From positions 3,392,001-3,456,000 of the forward strand of contig CBDCKW010000009.1 of NCBI GenBank assembly GCA_965218435.1: a stretch of DNA of 64,000 bases, given 5' to 3'. Below the pieces are notes generated by a model that saw nothing but the letters and a program-made list of their open reading frames with translations, was not told where the DNA came from and made no database searches. Below are positions 1 through 11,576 of the stretch, piece after piece. Origin of the DNA: Truepera sp. (lineage in GTDB: Bacteria > Deinococcota > Deinococci > Deinococcales > Trueperaceae). A program made the translations under genes and the position numbers. The stretch's first letter is position 1. Each line of letters opens with the position of its first letter.

Positions 1-1048
1 CCTGCACAGCGGTTTTGAAAAGACGATGGAAAACCGCACTTATCAGCAGGGCGTAACCTACTCGAACCGGATGGATTACCTGCACGGGTTCGCGCACGAC
101 CTCGCGTATGTACTCTCAGCCGAAAAACTGATCGGCGCACAGTTGCCGATTCGGGCACAGCGGATTCGGGTCATCTTAAACGAACTCAACCGTATCGCCA
201 GCCACCTGGTTTTTTTCGGGACCGGTATCCTAGATATGGGCGCACTGACACTGTTTTTTTACACCATGCGTGAACGCGAAAAGATTTCGGACCTCTTTGA
301 GATGGTCTGCGGCGTACGGATGAACTACGGCTATTTCCGCGTCGGTGGCCTCTCGCGCGACCTGCCTGAAGGGTTTGAAGACGCTACTAGAGACTTCATC
401 AAAATGTTTCCGGCAATGCTTAAGCAGTACAGTACGATGTTCCAAAAAAATGACATTTTCGTCAACCGTACCAAAGGTGTCGGACATATTTCTAAAGAAA
501 CCGCGCTCGAGCATGGCCTGACCGGGCCGGGCCTGCGCGCGTCGGGGGTGCCGCTCGACTTTCGCAAAGCGCAACCCTACAGCTCATATGACGACTACGA
601 CTTCGACGTACCGACGAGTGATGTGGGCGACGCTTATACGCGCTTTATGATGCGCTTTTACGAGATGGAACAGAGCTTAAGAATTATCGAACAGGCGTTA
701 GATAAGCTCGAGCCCGGTCCTATCCGTGACCCTGACCGCCGGATTTCACTGCCGCCGAGAAGCGAATTAGAGACTTCGATGGAAGCGGTGATCTTTCACT
801 TCAAGCTGGTTACTGAAGGCTTTCACCCACCGCGCGGCGAGGTTTATGTCCCCACCGAAAGTGCCAGGGGCGAGCTGGGCTACTACCTCATTTCAGACGG
901 CGGTTCGATGCCTTACCGCGTCAAGGTGCGGGTACCGAGTTTGATCAATCTGCAGAGCCTCGAGCCCGCCTGCCTGGGTGGCCTGTTCGCTGATATGGTC
1001 ATCAACATCGCCACGCTCGACCCGGTTTTGGGAGACGTAGACAAGTGA
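1..1048 (+). CDS. nuoD: NADH-quinone oxidoreductase subunit D, 5'-truncated by the window edge
   Basis: Frame is open from the window start ([10 protein letters not shown]...); motifs [19 protein letters not shown] and C-terminal [10 protein letters not shown]; heads the nuoE-N run. Confidence 0.95.
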   Translation, partial: LHSGFEKTMENRTYQQGVTYSNRMDYLHGFAHDLAYVLSAEKLIGAQLPIRAQRIRVILNELNRIASHLVFFGTGILDMGALTLFFYTMREREKISDLFEMVCGVRMNYGYFRVGGLSRDLPEGFEDATRDFIKMFPAMLKQYSTMFQKNDIFVNRTKGVGHISKETALEHGLTGPGLRASGVPLDFRKAQPYSSYDDYDFDVPTSDVGDAYTRFMMRFYEMEQSLRIIEQALDKLEPGPIRDPDRRISLPPRSELETSMEAVIFHFKLVTEGFHPPRGEVYVPTESARGELGYYLISDGGSMPYRVKVRVPSLINLQSLEPACLGGLFADMVINIATLDPVLGDVDK

Positions 1049-1055
1049 GACACAA

Positions 1056-1301
1056 ATGAATTACGAACACCCGGAGAGGGAAAAGGCGCGGCAGCAGCAG
1101 AAGCGCAAGAATCAGCTGACGGCGCTCTTCGCTGGTCTCGGTGTAGGAGTAGCGTTTGCGCTGCTGTTCGGTCTCTTTTTAGGTAATTGGGGCTTTGCCA
1201 TAGGCGTCGGCGTTGTGATTGCAGTTGCCGTCGCCTTCGGTCTTAACGTCGTGCGCAGAGACAGCCGCAAAATTGCTGACGATGTACCGGAGTCTAGATG
1301 A
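1056..1301 (+). CDS. Small hypothetical membrane protein (2 predicted TM helices) inside the nuo operon
   Basis: 81 aa; starts 7 nt after the nuoD stop; its stop overlaps the nuoE start (ATGA); two Gly-rich hydrophobic segments. Confidence 0.75.
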   Translation: MNYEHPEREKARQQQKRKNQLTALFAGLGVGVAFALLFGLFLGNWGFAIGVGVVIAVAVAFGLNVVRRDSRKIADDVPESR

Positions 1302-1891
1302 TTGAATTAGAAACCGTTCAGGGATTTTTCTCCGACAAACAAGACTTGCTGAACGAGATTTTAGGCCGTTACCCCGACTATGGGCGGCGAAGCGCCATCA
1401 TGCCGCTGTTGTGGGAAGTGCAAAACGCCGAAAAGCATGTGAGCGAAGTGCGGATCGAAGAGATCGCGCAGATTCTAGAGATGCACGCGACTGAGGTCAA
1501 AGGTGTGATGACCTTTTACTCAACCTACCACGAGCAGCCGGTAGGCCAGTTTCACCTGCAAATCTGCTCAACGCTTCCTTGTGCGCTCGCCGGTTCGGAC
1601 GAGATGTACGACTTTATCTCTGAAGAGACAGGGCTCGTCAACGGTGAAACCGACAGTTCGGGCCTCTTCAGCATCCAAAAGGTCGAATGTCTGGGTTCAT
1701 GCGGCACTGCGCCCGTGTTGCAGGTCAACGATACCTATTACGAACGGGTCACCAAGTCGCGTTGCAAGGTGCTGCTTACGGCGCTGCGCTCCGGTGAGAT
1801 GCCCGAAGTAGAGCGTGAACGCGGCGGCGATAACGAAGGAGCAGAAAAGCCGAATATCAGCAGTGAGCAGAAAGCAGTGAGCCATGACTAA
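1298..1891 (+). CDS. nuoE: NADH-quinone oxidoreductase subunit E
   Basis: 2Fe-2S motifs CSTLPC and ECLGSC; TFYS motif; operon position. Confidence 0.95.
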   Translation: MIELETVQGFFSDKQDLLNEILGRYPDYGRRSAIMPLLWEVQNAEKHVSEVRIEEIAQILEMHATEVKGVMTFYSTYHEQPVGQFHLQICSTLPCALAGSDEMYDFISEETGLVNGETDSSGLFSIQKVECLGSCGTAPVLQVNDTYYERVTKSRCKVLLTALRSGEMPEVERERGGDNEGAEKPNISSEQKAVSHD

Positions 1892-1921
1892 GGTTTTGCG
1901 CGTTGCTTCTAGGAGTTTCTT

Positions 1922-3262
1922 ATGACAGCCGTTGCCGAAAAACCACAACTGATTAACAGCCGTAAAGATTCCCGCTTCGAGGTTACGCTTTACAAATACG
2001 TCGGGGTCAAAGACTCGCATAAACTAAGCACGTATCTCGAGCACGGCGGGTACGACGTGGCCAAAAAAGCTGTGACGACGATGAAACCGGGCGAAGTTAT
2101 CGAAGAGGTTAAACGCTCGGGTTTACGCGGGCGCGGCGGCGCAGGCTTTCCCACCGGCCTCAAGTGGTCGTTTATGCCCAAACCCGACGGACGGCAGCGT
2201 TTTCTGGTCTGTAACGCCGACGAGTCGGAACCAGGGTCGTTCAAAGACCGCTATCTATTAGAAGATGACCCACATCAGCTCATCGAAGGGCTGATGATCG
2301 GCTGCTACGCTATCGAAGCGACCATCGGCGTGATCTACCTCCGCGGCGAATATTACACTGCGTATGAGCATCTCGGGGAGGCCATCAAAGACGCGCGTGA
2401 AGCCGGGTATCTCGGTAAAAACGTCTTTGATTCGGGCTTTGACTTCGACATAATTTTGCACCGGGGCGCAGGCGCGTACATCTGCGGGGAAGAGACCGCG
2501 CTGATGAACTCGTTTGAGGGCTTGCGCGCGAATCCACGCCTCAAACCGCCCTTTCCGGCGCAAGCGGGCGTGTACGGGTTGCCGACGACGATCAACAATG
2601 TCGAGAGCTTAGTAAACGCCGTCCACATTATCGGCAAAGGGGCCGAGTGGTACGCCTCAATGGGCTCAGAAGACTCGAAGGGCATCAAGCTCTTTCAGAT
2701 CAGTGGGCCGATTGCGCGACCCGGTGTCTATGAATTGCCCATCGGCGCGACCTTCCGTGAGCTGCTCTACGACCTGGGCGGTGGCCCGACCGAAGAGATC
2801 AAGGCGCTTGTTCCAGGTGGCTCGTCTGCGCCGCTGCTGCCCTTTAACGACGACACGCTCGATACGCCGATGGATTACGGCTCGGTTTCTAAAAAAGGCT
2901 CGATGTTGGGTACCGGCGGTGTGATTCTCATTCCTAAAGAGAAATGCATGGTTGACGCGATGTATAACGTGGTGCGGTTTTACGCGCACGAGTCGTGCGG
3001 CAAATGTACGCCCTGCCGCGAAGGAGTCTCAACCTGGTTGCCGAAGATGTTCAAAAAACTGCTCTCGGGTTACGGTGAACCCGGCGACTTGGAGCTGATT
3101 GAAGGGATGCTCCAAAACATGCGCGGCACCGCCTTCTGCCTCTTGGCGGATTCATGCGTGATGCCGGTACAGTCGAGTTTCAAGCATTTCCGCGATGAAT
3201 ACGAATACTTGATCGAACACGGCCACTCGAAATATCAAAAATCGGACTGGTGGGCCGAATGA
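1922..3262 (+). CDS. nuoF: NADH-quinone oxidoreductase subunit F
   Basis: [57 protein letters not shown]. Confidence 0.97.
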   Translation: MTAVAEKPQLINSRKDSRFEVTLYKYVGVKDSHKLSTYLEHGGYDVAKKAVTTMKPGEVIEEVKRSGLRGRGGAGFPTGLKWSFMPKPDGRQRFLVCNADESEPGSFKDRYLLEDDPHQLIEGLMIGCYAIEATIGVIYLRGEYYTAYEHLGEAIKDAREAGYLGKNVFDSGFDFDIILHRGAGAYICGEETALMNSFEGLRANPRLKPPFPAQAGVYGLPTTINNVESLVNAVHIIGKGAEWYASMGSEDSKGIKLFQISGPIARPGVYELPIGATFRELLYDLGGGPTEEIKALVPGGSSAPLLPFNDDTLDTPMDYGSVSKKGSMLGTGGVILIPKEKCMVDAMYNVVRFYAHESCGKCTPCREGVSTWLPKMFKKLLSGYGEPGDLELIEGMLQNMRGTAFCLLADSCVMPVQSSFKHFRDEYEYLIEHGHSKYQKSDWWAE

Positions 3263-3286
3263 GGATAGGTCAAAAAGGACACACGT

Positions 3287-5659
3287 ATGAAAGTTAAAGT
3301 CAACGACGTAGAGCTTGACCTCGAGCCCGGCACCAGTGCCATTGACGCGGTCTTTGCTGCGGGTTACGACGTGCCGTACTTTTGCTCGCAAGAGTATATG
3401 TCGCCCATCGGCGCTTGCCGGATGTGTCTCGGCAAGGTCGGTGCGCCCCGCAAAGACCGTGAGACGGACGACTGGATTAAAGACGAGGAGACGGGCGAAC
3501 CGAAAGTGTTCTTTTTCCCTAATCTGATGGCGACCTGCACCACCGCCATCATGGAGGGGATGGTCATCGATACGCTTGGCAAAGAGGTCAAGCAGGCGCA
3601 GTCAGGGATGATGGAGTTTACCCTGATCAATCACCCGCTCGACTGCCCGGTGTGCGACAAGGGCGGCGCGTGCGAGCTGCAAGACCGCGCTTATGAATAC
3701 GGTTCGGGTACCTCACGCTTCGAGTTCGACAAACGCCATCAGGAAAAGCATCACGTCTTGTCCGAACTCATTACCTTAGACCGTGAACGCTGTATCCACT
3801 GCAAACGCTGCGTCCGCTATTTTGAAGAGGTTCCCGGCGACGAGGTTTTGGACTTTATCGAACGCGGCGGCCACACCTATATCGGCACCGTTGACGAGGG
3901 CTTACCGAGCCACTTTACCGGCAACATCACCGACATTTGCCCGGTCGGAGCGTTGCTCGATTCGACGAGCCGTTTTCGGGGCCGCAACTGGGAATACGAC
4001 CACACCCGCACCGTCTCACCCGATGACGCGTCGGGCGCGGCCATCATGGTAGACGCCCGGACGGGCCGGATCGAGCGGATTAAAGGCGCACGCAATACGC
4101 AAGTCAACCTCGACTGGATTGACGACAGCACGCGTTTTGGGCACGAGTATGTGGGCGCACCCGACCGCTTAAAAACGCCGCTGGTGCGTAAAGAGGGGAA
4201 GTTGGGGCCCGCTACCTGGGAAGAGGCACTCGAGTTTATCAAGGCACAATTAACGCAGTCCGGCAAAAAGGTTGGCGTCGCCCTTCGAAGTGATGCAGCT
4301 TTAGAAGAGGGCGTCGCCGCGAAAGCTTTAGCCGAACACCTCGGCGGGCAAACCGAGCATTTCCCGCGCCCCGCTGCTTCAGTGATCGCTAAGAATCCGG
4401 CGACCTTTACCGACGTTGCTACGAGTGACGCTATCTTCGTTGTCGGGGACCCGACTGAAGAAGTGCCGACGTTAGACCTGCGGATTAAAGACGCCCTTAA
4501 AGGTGTCGCGCCGCCCGAGCTGCTCGCGCACGGCGTCCCGATTGCCGACCTGCGGCTCAAAGAGCGGATGCCGCGTAAACAGGAAATTCTTACGATTGCT
4601 GCGCCCTACCGCACCGATTTGATGCGTCACGCGGGCCAAGGGTGGATTTATCCGGCAGGGCAAGAAGCCGAACTCTTCAAAGGTGTCGAGTCCGGCAAGG
4701 CGGCAGTTGGGCTCGAGGCTGAGCAACTCAAACGGCTTAAAGATGCCCTAAACGAGGCGAAAAACCCTGTCATTGTCCTCGGCGCGTTCGTGCTCAACTC
4801 AGCTGCCGCAACGCAAGCTGCCGAAGCTCTAGCTGAAGCGGTCGGCGCAAAAGTCATGAAACTCGGACAGATGGCCAACAGTTACGGCCTCGAGGCTATC
4901 TACCTCACCTCCGAACGGGGTTACGACGACCTCGTTACCAATAGTGACGTGCTGTTCTTATCAAACCTCAACCCGGCGCAAGACAAAGCGGTAGGGGAGA
5001 AGCTGCAAAACGTTAAGCTGCTCGTCGTCCACGACACGTTCGAGACTGAAACAACTGAGCTTGCGCACGTCGTCTTACCTGCTAAAACCGGTTACGAAAA
5101 AGAGGGCACGGTGGTCAACCTCGAGGGCCGCTTCTTAAGTCTCTTTTCCGCTCCGGTAGACAGCGGTGCTTCGGAAGACTTTGTCGGCGTCGTCCGGGCG
5201 CTCGGTGAGACGCTGGGTGTCAGGTTAGACGGACGCAGCCTCCGAAGTGCGCGGCGGGCGCTGCAAAAAACGTTTGAGCTAGACTTCTCCGCGCTGCCTG
5301 AAGAGGGTCAGCTCGCTCCTGTCGCAGCAGGTGAGGTCAAGGACACCGGTACGGAAAGCACGCAAGGCAATCTGCTTCTCACCCCGAGCTTCGTCAAGAT
5401 TGACCGTTTAGAAAGAAACCCTGCCCTGCACGCTTCTTACGGTGACGTTTCGTTACAGGTCAATCCGGCGGACGCCAAAGAGCAGGGGCTCGAGTCCGGC
5501 AGCAACGTTACGCTTACTGTCGGTGGGGTAACCCGCAAAGCGGCAGTTGTCGTGACTGATAACACCCCCGAAGGTCTGATGCTGCTCCCGGCAACTTTTA
5601 ATCAGCCTGCCGGGTTAGCTACCGCCGACGTGACCTTAGAACCCGAGTTGGTCGCGTGA
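3287..5659 (+). CDS. nuoG: NADH-quinone oxidoreductase subunit G
   Basis: [42 protein letters not shown]. Confidence 0.96.
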   Translation: MKVKVNDVELDLEPGTSAIDAVFAAGYDVPYFCSQEYMSPIGACRMCLGKVGAPRKDRETDDWIKDEETGEPKVFFFPNLMATCTTAIMEGMVIDTLGKEVKQAQSGMMEFTLINHPLDCPVCDKGGACELQDRAYEYGSGTSRFEFDKRHQEKHHVLSELITLDRERCIHCKRCVRYFEEVPGDEVLDFIERGGHTYIGTVDEGLPSHFTGNITDICPVGALLDSTSRFRGRNWEYDHTRTVSPDDASGAAIMVDARTGRIERIKGARNTQVNLDWIDDSTRFGHEYVGAPDRLKTPLVRKEGKLGPATWEEALEFIKAQLTQSGKKVGVALRSDAALEEGVAAKALAEHLGGQTEHFPRPAASVIAKNPATFTDVATSDAIFVVGDPTEEVPTLDLRIKDALKGVAPPELLAHGVPIADLRLKERMPRKQEILTIAAPYRTDLMRHAGQGWIYPAGQEAELFKGVESGKAAVGLEAEQLKRLKDALNEAKNPVIVLGAFVLNSAAATQAAEALAEAVGAKVMKLGQMANSYGLEAIYLTSERGYDDLVTNSDVLFLSNLNPAQDKAVGEKLQNVKLLVVHDTFETETTELAHVVLPAKTGYEKEGTVVNLEGRFLSLFSAPVDSGASEDFVGVVRALGETLGVRLDGRSLRSARRALQKTFELDFSALPEEGQLAPVAAGEVKDTGTESTQGNLLLTPSFVKIDRLERNPALHASYGDVSLQVNPADAKEQGLESGSNVTLTVGGVTRKAAVVVTDNTPEGLMLLPATFNQPAGLATADVTLEPELVA

Positions 5660-6672
5660 CCGACGGCTTTATCATCACCTTCGTCAAGGCGCTCGTGCTG
5701 TGCGCCGTGCTGCTCGGCGCGTTCGCCTATATGACCGTCATCGAACGCAAAATCTTGGGCCGGATGCAAAACCGTTACGGCCCCAACCGCGTCGGCCCGT
5801 TTGGACTGTTGCAACCCATTGCCGACGCCATCAAATCCATCTTCAAAGAAGACATCGTGGTGTCGGCGTCCGACCGCTTTGTCTACTTTATCGCTCCCTT
5901 TATCAGTATCTTGTTCGCGCTCTCCGCCTTCGGTGCGATTCCGGCAGGACCGGCAGGCAGTTTGTTCGGCTTTAACCCGTGGATCGTGGACCTCGACGTC
6001 GGTCTCCTGTACGTCTTTGCCGCCACAAGTATCGGCGTTTATGGAATTTTTCTGGCAGGTTGGTCGTCAAACAGTAAATATTCGCTTCTAGGCGGTCTCC
6101 GCTCCTCGGCGCAGATGATCTCGTATGAGCTGGGCTTAGGTTTGTCGGCGCTGACGATTATTCTGATTGCGGGGACGCTCAACTTGCGTCAGATTGTGGA
6201 CTTTAATGTCTGGTCGCTCAGTCCGCTGTTGTGGCTTCCGCTCGCGGTGTCGTTTGTGACCTACGTCATTTCGTCGGTCGCGGAGGTGAACCGCACGCCG
6301 TTTGACCTGCCTGAAGCCGAACAAGAGATCGTCGCGGGGTATCTGACCGAGTACTCGTCTATCAAATGGGCGCTCTTTCAGATGGCCGAGTACGTCAACA
6401 TGATGACGGCGGCGGCGTTTATCAGTACACTCTTCTTAGGCGGTTGGCGCGGACCCGGCTTTTTAGACGCCGTAATTCCAGGTATAGCCGAGTGGCCGTT
6501 CGTCTGGCTGCTGTTAAAAATGGCCATCTTCATGTTCTTGTTTATCTGGTTGCGGGCGACGTTGCCCAGATTTCGCTATGATCAGCTGATGCGCTTTGGG
6601 TGGATTTGGCTGTTTGAAATTGCGCTCTTTAGTGCGCTGGTGACGGGCGCGATCATCGCGTTCGCCCTTTAG
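5656..6672 (+). CDS. nuoH: NADH-quinone oxidoreductase subunit H
   Basis: [47 protein letters not shown]. Confidence 0.97.
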   Translation: MTDGFIITFVKALVLCAVLLGAFAYMTVIERKILGRMQNRYGPNRVGPFGLLQPIADAIKSIFKEDIVVSASDRFVYFIAPFISILFALSAFGAIPAGPAGSLFGFNPWIVDLDVGLLYVFAATSIGVYGIFLAGWSSNSKYSLLGGLRSSAQMISYELGLGLSALTIILIAGTLNLRQIVDFNVWSLSPLLWLPLAVSFVTYVISSVAEVNRTPFDLPEAEQEIVAGYLTEYSSIKWALFQMAEYVNMMTAAAFISTLFLGGWRGPGFLDAVIPGIAEWPFVWLLLKMAIFMFLFIWLRATLPRFRYDQLMRFGWIWLFEIALFSALVTGAIIAFAL

Positions 6673-6679
6673 GAGCTTT

Positions 6680-7204
6680 ATGGGAGTTTTAGACATCGCC
6701 AAAGGGATGGGGGTAACGCTCGGGTACCTGTTCAAAAAGCCCGTGACGGTCTCGTACCCGGAACAAAAAGTTGACGTCAAGGCGCGCTTTCGCGGGCGTC
6801 ATCACCTACTGCGGCACCCGAACGGTTTAGAAAAGTGTATTGGCTGTTCGTTGTGCGCGGCGGCGTGTCCGTCTTACGCGATCTACGTCGAGGCGGCGGA
6901 GAACGACCCCGAAAACCCAACCTCACCGGGAGAGCGTTACGCCAAGATTTATGAAATCAACATGCTCCGCTGTATCTTTTGCGGGTTTTGTGAAGAGGCG
7001 TGTCCAACAGGTGCGGTCGTTTTAGGTCATGAGTTCGAGCTGGCTGATTTCAAATACAAAGACTTCACTTACGGCAAAGACGATATGCTCGTCGGCGTAG
7101 AGGGCTCAAAGTGGCAGCGGCGTGAGGCGGCAAAATTGGGTGAAGAGGTTGAACTCGGCTTTAAGGCGGCCCAAAGGGTGGAACTCGAGGGGGTCAAATA
7201 CTAA
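6680..7204 (+). CDS. nuoI: NADH-quinone oxidoreductase subunit I
   Basis: Two 4Fe-4S motifs: [12 protein letters not shown] and [12 protein letters not shown]. Confidence 0.97.
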   Translation: MGVLDIAKGMGVTLGYLFKKPVTVSYPEQKVDVKARFRGRHHLLRHPNGLEKCIGCSLCAAACPSYAIYVEAAENDPENPTSPGERYAKIYEINMLRCIFCGFCEEACPTGAVVLGHEFELADFKYKDFTYGKDDMLVGVEGSKWQRREAAKLGEEVELGFKAAQRVELEGVKY

Positions 7205-7242
7205 ATGAGTACTGATGCTCACTATTTCCGACAGGAGCCCCT

Positions 7243-7806
7243 ATGGTGATGTTTATCCTCCTCGCCGCCGTCATGATCGCCGGGGCGCTCGGTGTAATCC
7301 TCATGCGTCAGCCCGTTCACGCCGCACTCTGCTTGGTCGGCACGCTGCTGACACTCGCTGTGACTTACGTTACACTACAAGCGCACTTTTTAGCAGCTGT
7401 GCAGGTGATCGTCTACGCAGGCGCAATCACGGTGCTCTTTTTGTTCGTAATTATGCTCCTCAATGCTCAGGGCGACGAACGTGCGAAGCGGCTACGCTGG
7501 GTGACCCCTACCGCGTGCATCATCGGCGTGATCGCTGCAGGTGGGCTTATCGCGGCGGCTTTTATCGACCGAACGCCGCTACCGAGTGCCGGGGTGGTCG
7601 ACGCCGCGCTTGGGGGGGGTGGGGCTAACGCGCTAGGCGAAGTTCTTTTCAGTCAGTTTGTCTTGGCCTTTCAGCTCGTCGGGGTGCTCCTCTTAACCGG
7701 CATCATCGGCGCAGTGAGCCTGGTCGAGCGCCGCGCCGCGCAAGAAGACCGCGCCCAAGAGATGCCACAAGCTGAAACTCGGGAACGGGAGTTGACCCGT
7801 GCTTAA
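7243..7806 (+). CDS. nuoJ: NADH-quinone oxidoreductase subunit J
   Basis: Hydrophobic; QVIVYAGAITVLFLFVIMLL motif. Confidence 0.95.
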   Translation: MVMFILLAAVMIAGALGVILMRQPVHAALCLVGTLLTLAVTYVTLQAHFLAAVQVIVYAGAITVLFLFVIMLLNAQGDERAKRLRWVTPTACIIGVIAAGGLIAAAFIDRTPLPSAGVVDAALGGGGANALGEVLFSQFVLAFQLVGVLLLTGIIGAVSLVERRAAQEDRAQEMPQAETRERELTRA

Positions 7807-8155
7807 CGGACCTGTCCCTACCGAGTTTTACGTTGCCCTCAGCTCAATTATCTTTGTCATCGGCGCAGTTGGAGTGCTGATCCGCCGCAGCGCCATCATG
7901 ATCTTTTTGTCGGTTGAGCTGATGTTAAACGCGGCTAACCTGGCGCTCGTCGCCTTTGCAAGGGGCTGGGCCGCCTCGGGCGCGGCTGTGGCGCTTTCCG
8001 GGCAAGCCGCAGTGTTTATTATTCTGGCCGTGGCTGCTGCTGAGGTTGCTGTCGGCTTGGGTATTTTGGTCGCTATCTTCCGTTACCGGCACTCCGCCGA
8101 CGTTGACGCGCTCTCGCTGGCCAACCGACCCCAGGGAGCACAGGTGAGCCGATGA
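7799..8155 (+). CDS. nuoK: NADH-quinone oxidoreductase subunit K
   Basis: SVELMLNAANL and VAAAEVAVGL motifs. Confidence 0.95.
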   Translation: MLNGPVPTEFYVALSSIIFVIGAVGVLIRRSAIMIFLSVELMLNAANLALVAFARGWAASGAAVALSGQAAVFIILAVAAAEVAVGLGILVAIFRYRHSADVDALSLANRPQGAQVSR

Positions 8156-10077
8156 CGGTCGTGACGCTGGCTGCGGCGGCTCCTTTTGTCGCTCTTTTAG
8201 GCGCACTGATCAACGGTTTGTTCGGCAAGCGTTTGCGCGAGCCGCTCCCGGGGATTATTGCAGCGTTTGCCGTCGGTACGGGTTTCGTTTTGTCGGTTCT
8301 TGCTTTTTTCGGACTCTTGGCCTACCCCGAACGCACGGCGCATATTCCGCTGTGGTCGTACCTGCAAGGCGGTTCTTTCAGCCTCGATTTGGGGTTCGTG
8401 ATTGACCCCCTGAGCATTACTTTAATGCTGATTATCACCGGCGTCGGGCTTTTGATTCACGTCTATTCCGCTAGGTATATGCACCGTGACCCCGGTTTTA
8501 GCCGCTACTTTTCTGCGCTCAACTTGTTCGTCGCGGCAATGCTTATCTTGGTCATGGCTGATTCATTTTTCTTGATGTTTATCGGTTGGGAAGGTGTCGG
8601 GGTCTGCTCGTACCTGCTGATCGGGTTTTGGTACGCCATCAAAGAAAACGCTGACGCGGCCCGTAAAGCGTTTATCGTCAACCGTGTGGGTGACGTCGGC
8701 TTCTTACTGGCGATGTTTTTAACGGTTAAAACGTTTGGGACGCTCACTATCGCTGAGGTCAACGCGGCTGCGCCGCTGCTGGCAGGTTCGGCTGTGCTCA
8801 CGGTGCTAGGGCTACTTTACTTATTGGCAGCTTGCGGGAAGTCGGCGCAGTTGCCGCTGCAAACCTGGTTGCCCGACGCGATGGCAGGTCCGACGCCGGT
8901 TTCGGCGCTGATTCACGCTGCGACGATGGTCACCGCCGGGGTTTACCTGATTGTGCGCACTGCGCCCCTTTTTGCCAGCACGCCGGACGCGTCAACCGTC
9001 GTTGCCTGGGTGGGCGGTATCACCGCACTCGTGGCGGCGTTTGCTGCCTTAACGCAACAAGATATCAAAAAAATCTTGGCGTACTCGACGATTTCACAGC
9101 TCGGTTTTATGTTTGCGGCGGTCGGTGTCGGCGCGTATTGGGTGGCGATTTTCCACGTCTTGACGCACGCCTGCTTTAAGGCGCTGCTCTTTTTAGGCGC
9201 GGGGTCGGTGATTCACGCTATAGGCGGGGAACAAGACATCCGTAAGATGGGCGGGTTGGGCAAACACATGAAGCTCACCGGCACTACCTCGCTGATCGCT
9301 GTTTTGTCCATCTCCGGTGTGCCTTTCTTGTCCGGCTTTTTTAGTAAGGACGCGATCTTGGCAAATGTATTTACCTCAAATCTCGTCGTCAGTGGGGTCT
9401 GGCTCTACCTTGTGCTGCTTTTAACAGCAGTCTTAACGGCGTTTTACATGTTCCGCTGGTACTACCGCGTGTTTGCCGGTGAGGAGCGGCTTTCGGCGTC
9501 GGCTAAAGCGCACCTGCATGAATCGCCGCCGGTCATGACCGTACCGCTGCTGATCTTGGCGTTTTTAAGTATCTTTGCGGGCTACCTTGGACTCCCTGAG
9601 TTTGCGTTTCCCAACCTGATCGCGCCGTGGCTCGAGTCTCCTACGGCGGCAACGTTTAGCCATCCTGCTTTGTGGCTCGAGTGGCTCCTCGTCATCATCT
9701 CAGTTTTGGCCGCCGCTTTGGGGCTTTATCTGGGTTATTTGCGGTATCACCGTAAAGCCGAGTTTATGGGTGCCAAACAGCCTCGCGTGGCAGGTCTTTT
9801 AGGGGGTCTACGCGCCGCGTCATTTTCGGCTCTCGGGTTCGACGCGCTTTACCGTGCGCTCTTTACCCGTCCCGGTGAACAGCTTGCCAGAGGGTTTGAT
9901 GAGGTTGACAACGACGTGATTGGTACTGAGATAGGTGACTCGAGCCGAGGTATCAGCGACCTGGGACAATCAGTGGCGCAGTTGCAGTCGGGGTTTGTCC
10001 GCGCTTACGCGCTGCTGATGCTTGTAGGACTAGCCGTGCTCGTACTGGTCGCAGTCTTTACCGGAGGCGTCGCGTGA
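8152..10077 (+). CDS. nuoL: NADH-quinone oxidoreductase subunit L
   Basis: GWEGVGVCSYLLIGFW and KSAQLPLQTWLPDAMAGPTPVSALIHAATMV. Confidence 0.97.
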   Translation: MTVVTLAAAAPFVALLGALINGLFGKRLREPLPGIIAAFAVGTGFVLSVLAFFGLLAYPERTAHIPLWSYLQGGSFSLDLGFVIDPLSITLMLIITGVGLLIHVYSARYMHRDPGFSRYFSALNLFVAAMLILVMADSFFLMFIGWEGVGVCSYLLIGFWYAIKENADAARKAFIVNRVGDVGFLLAMFLTVKTFGTLTIAEVNAAAPLLAGSAVLTVLGLLYLLAACGKSAQLPLQTWLPDAMAGPTPVSALIHAATMVTAGVYLIVRTAPLFASTPDASTVVAWVGGITALVAAFAALTQQDIKKILAYSTISQLGFMFAAVGVGAYWVAIFHVLTHACFKALLFLGAGSVIHAIGGEQDIRKMGGLGKHMKLTGTTSLIAVLSISGVPFLSGFFSKDAILANVFTSNLVVSGVWLYLVLLLTAVLTAFYMFRWYYRVFAGEERLSASAKAHLHESPPVMTVPLLILAFLSIFAGYLGLPEFAFPNLIAPWLESPTAATFSHPALWLEWLLVIISVLAAALGLYLGYLRYHRKAEFMGAKQPRVAGLLGGLRAASFSALGFDALYRALFTRPGEQLARGFDEVDNDVIGTEIGDSSRGISDLGQSVAQLQSGFVRAYALLMLVGLAVLVLVAVFTGGVA

Positions 10078-11576
10078 CGTTAGCTGCAGTTCTTATTCCG
10101 CTGATCGGTGCGCTTTTACTCTTTTTCCTTTCCGGGTCGGGCCGCGTCATCGCGCTTACCACCTCGGTATTTACACTTTTAGTGGCGCTGGCCCTACCGC
10201 AAGCCGGTCCTTTCGAAACGCCGTGGCTGGGCACATTCGGCGTGTACTTTTCTCTTTCAGCGGTGGGGGCAGGTGGTCTCCTCGTTTTGATCGCGGCCAT
10301 CGTCATGCTGCCGACAACGCTTTATGCAAGCTTTGTTGTAAAGGAAAATACCAGTCGTTTTCTCGCGCTCCTGTTGGCGATGCAGGCCGGACTTAACGGC
10401 GTCTTTATGGCGCAAGACGTGGTGCTCTTTTACCTATTCTGGGAAGCGACCTTGATTCCGAGTGTGCTGATGTTGGGGATTTGGGGACTCGAGCGCCGCC
10501 GTCAGGCCGCGATCAAATACCTCGTCTACGCAGTGGCCGGGTCGTTTATCATGCTGGTCGCAATTTTGGCCCTTCGCCCGCTGTCGGGTGCGACGAGCTT
10601 CCGCTTAGTTGACCTGATTCCGGCGACCCAGGCCCTGCCCCTCAGCACCCAAGTATGGCTCTTTCTGGCGTTTACCCTGGCGTTTGCCGTTAAACTTCCG
10701 CTCTGGCCCGTTCACGGCTGGTTGCCGGACTTTCACGAACAAAATCACGTCTCGGGCGTTGCCGACATTGCCGGGACGCTTTATAAGGTCGGGGGCTGGG
10801 GCTTTTTCGCCATCGCACTGCCGCTTTTCCCGGCAGGTGCAACCGCCGTCACACCTTATCTGCTGGGGTTGGCTGCCTTTACCGCTGTCTACGCTGCGAT
10901 GATCGCCACAGCGCAGACGAATCTCAAACGTCTGCTTGCCTACGCCTCTTTGTCGCACATGGGGATTGTTGGGGTTGGGGTCTTCGGGCTTTACCTGTCC
11001 GGCTTAAACGGTGCGGTCTACCTGCTCGCCGCGCAGATGCTCTCGACCGGCGGGCTGTTTTTGATCAGCGGAATGCTCTACGCGCGGCGTGGTTCATTTG
11101 AGCTCTCCGAATACGGTGGGTTGGCAAAGTCGGCCCCGGCACTCGCCGCGTTGACGCTACTGGTTACCTTTGCCAGCATCGGGGTACCGGGGTTATCGAA
11201 CTTCCCAGGCGAGTTTATGAGTCTTTTGGGAGCCTTTGAGCGGAACGCCTGGTTGGGCGGATTTGCGACGCTGGCGGTGATTGCGGCCGGGGTTTACGGC
11301 GTCAACATGTATCAGCGGCTCTACCAAGTAGACGCCAAAGAAAAGGTTCGGGATTTGGGGGGGCTCGAGCTCACCGTCCTCCTTCCCTTCGTCATTGGCA
11401 TTTTGGTTTTTGGCCTAATTCCCCAACCTGGATTTTCCCGGATTGAAACGCAGGCCGCGCGGATTACCACGTTTGATACGTCGGTCGCTGAGCCGGTCAG
11501 TTTAGCGCCTGGAAATCCTGACGCCGCGTCCGAACCGGCCGCTGCACCCGCTGAAAGGGGCGAAAGTGGACATTAA
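10074..11576 (+). CDS. nuoM: NADH-quinone oxidoreductase subunit M
   Basis: FYLFWE, AVKLPLWPVHGWLPD, KRLLAYASLSHMG, GLSNFPGEF. Confidence 0.95.
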   Translation: MTLAAVLIPLIGALLLFFLSGSGRVIALTTSVFTLLVALALPQAGPFETPWLGTFGVYFSLSAVGAGGLLVLIAAIVMLPTTLYASFVVKENTSRFLALLLAMQAGLNGVFMAQDVVLFYLFWEATLIPSVLMLGIWGLERRRQAAIKYLVYAVAGSFIMLVAILALRPLSGATSFRLVDLIPATQALPLSTQVWLFLAFTLAFAVKLPLWPVHGWLPDFHEQNHVSGVADIAGTLYKVGGWGFFAIALPLFPAGATAVTPYLLGLAAFTAVYAAMIATAQTNLKRLLAYASLSHMGIVGVGVFGLYLSGLNGAVYLLAAQMLSTGGLFLISGMLYARRGSFELSEYGGLAKSAPALAALTLLVTFASIGVPGLSNFPGEFMSLLGAFERNAWLGGFATLAVIAAGVYGVNMYQRLYQVDAKEKVRDLGGLELTVLLPFVIGILVFGLIPQPGFSRIETQAARITTFDTSVAEPVSLAPGNPDAASEPAAAPAERGESGH

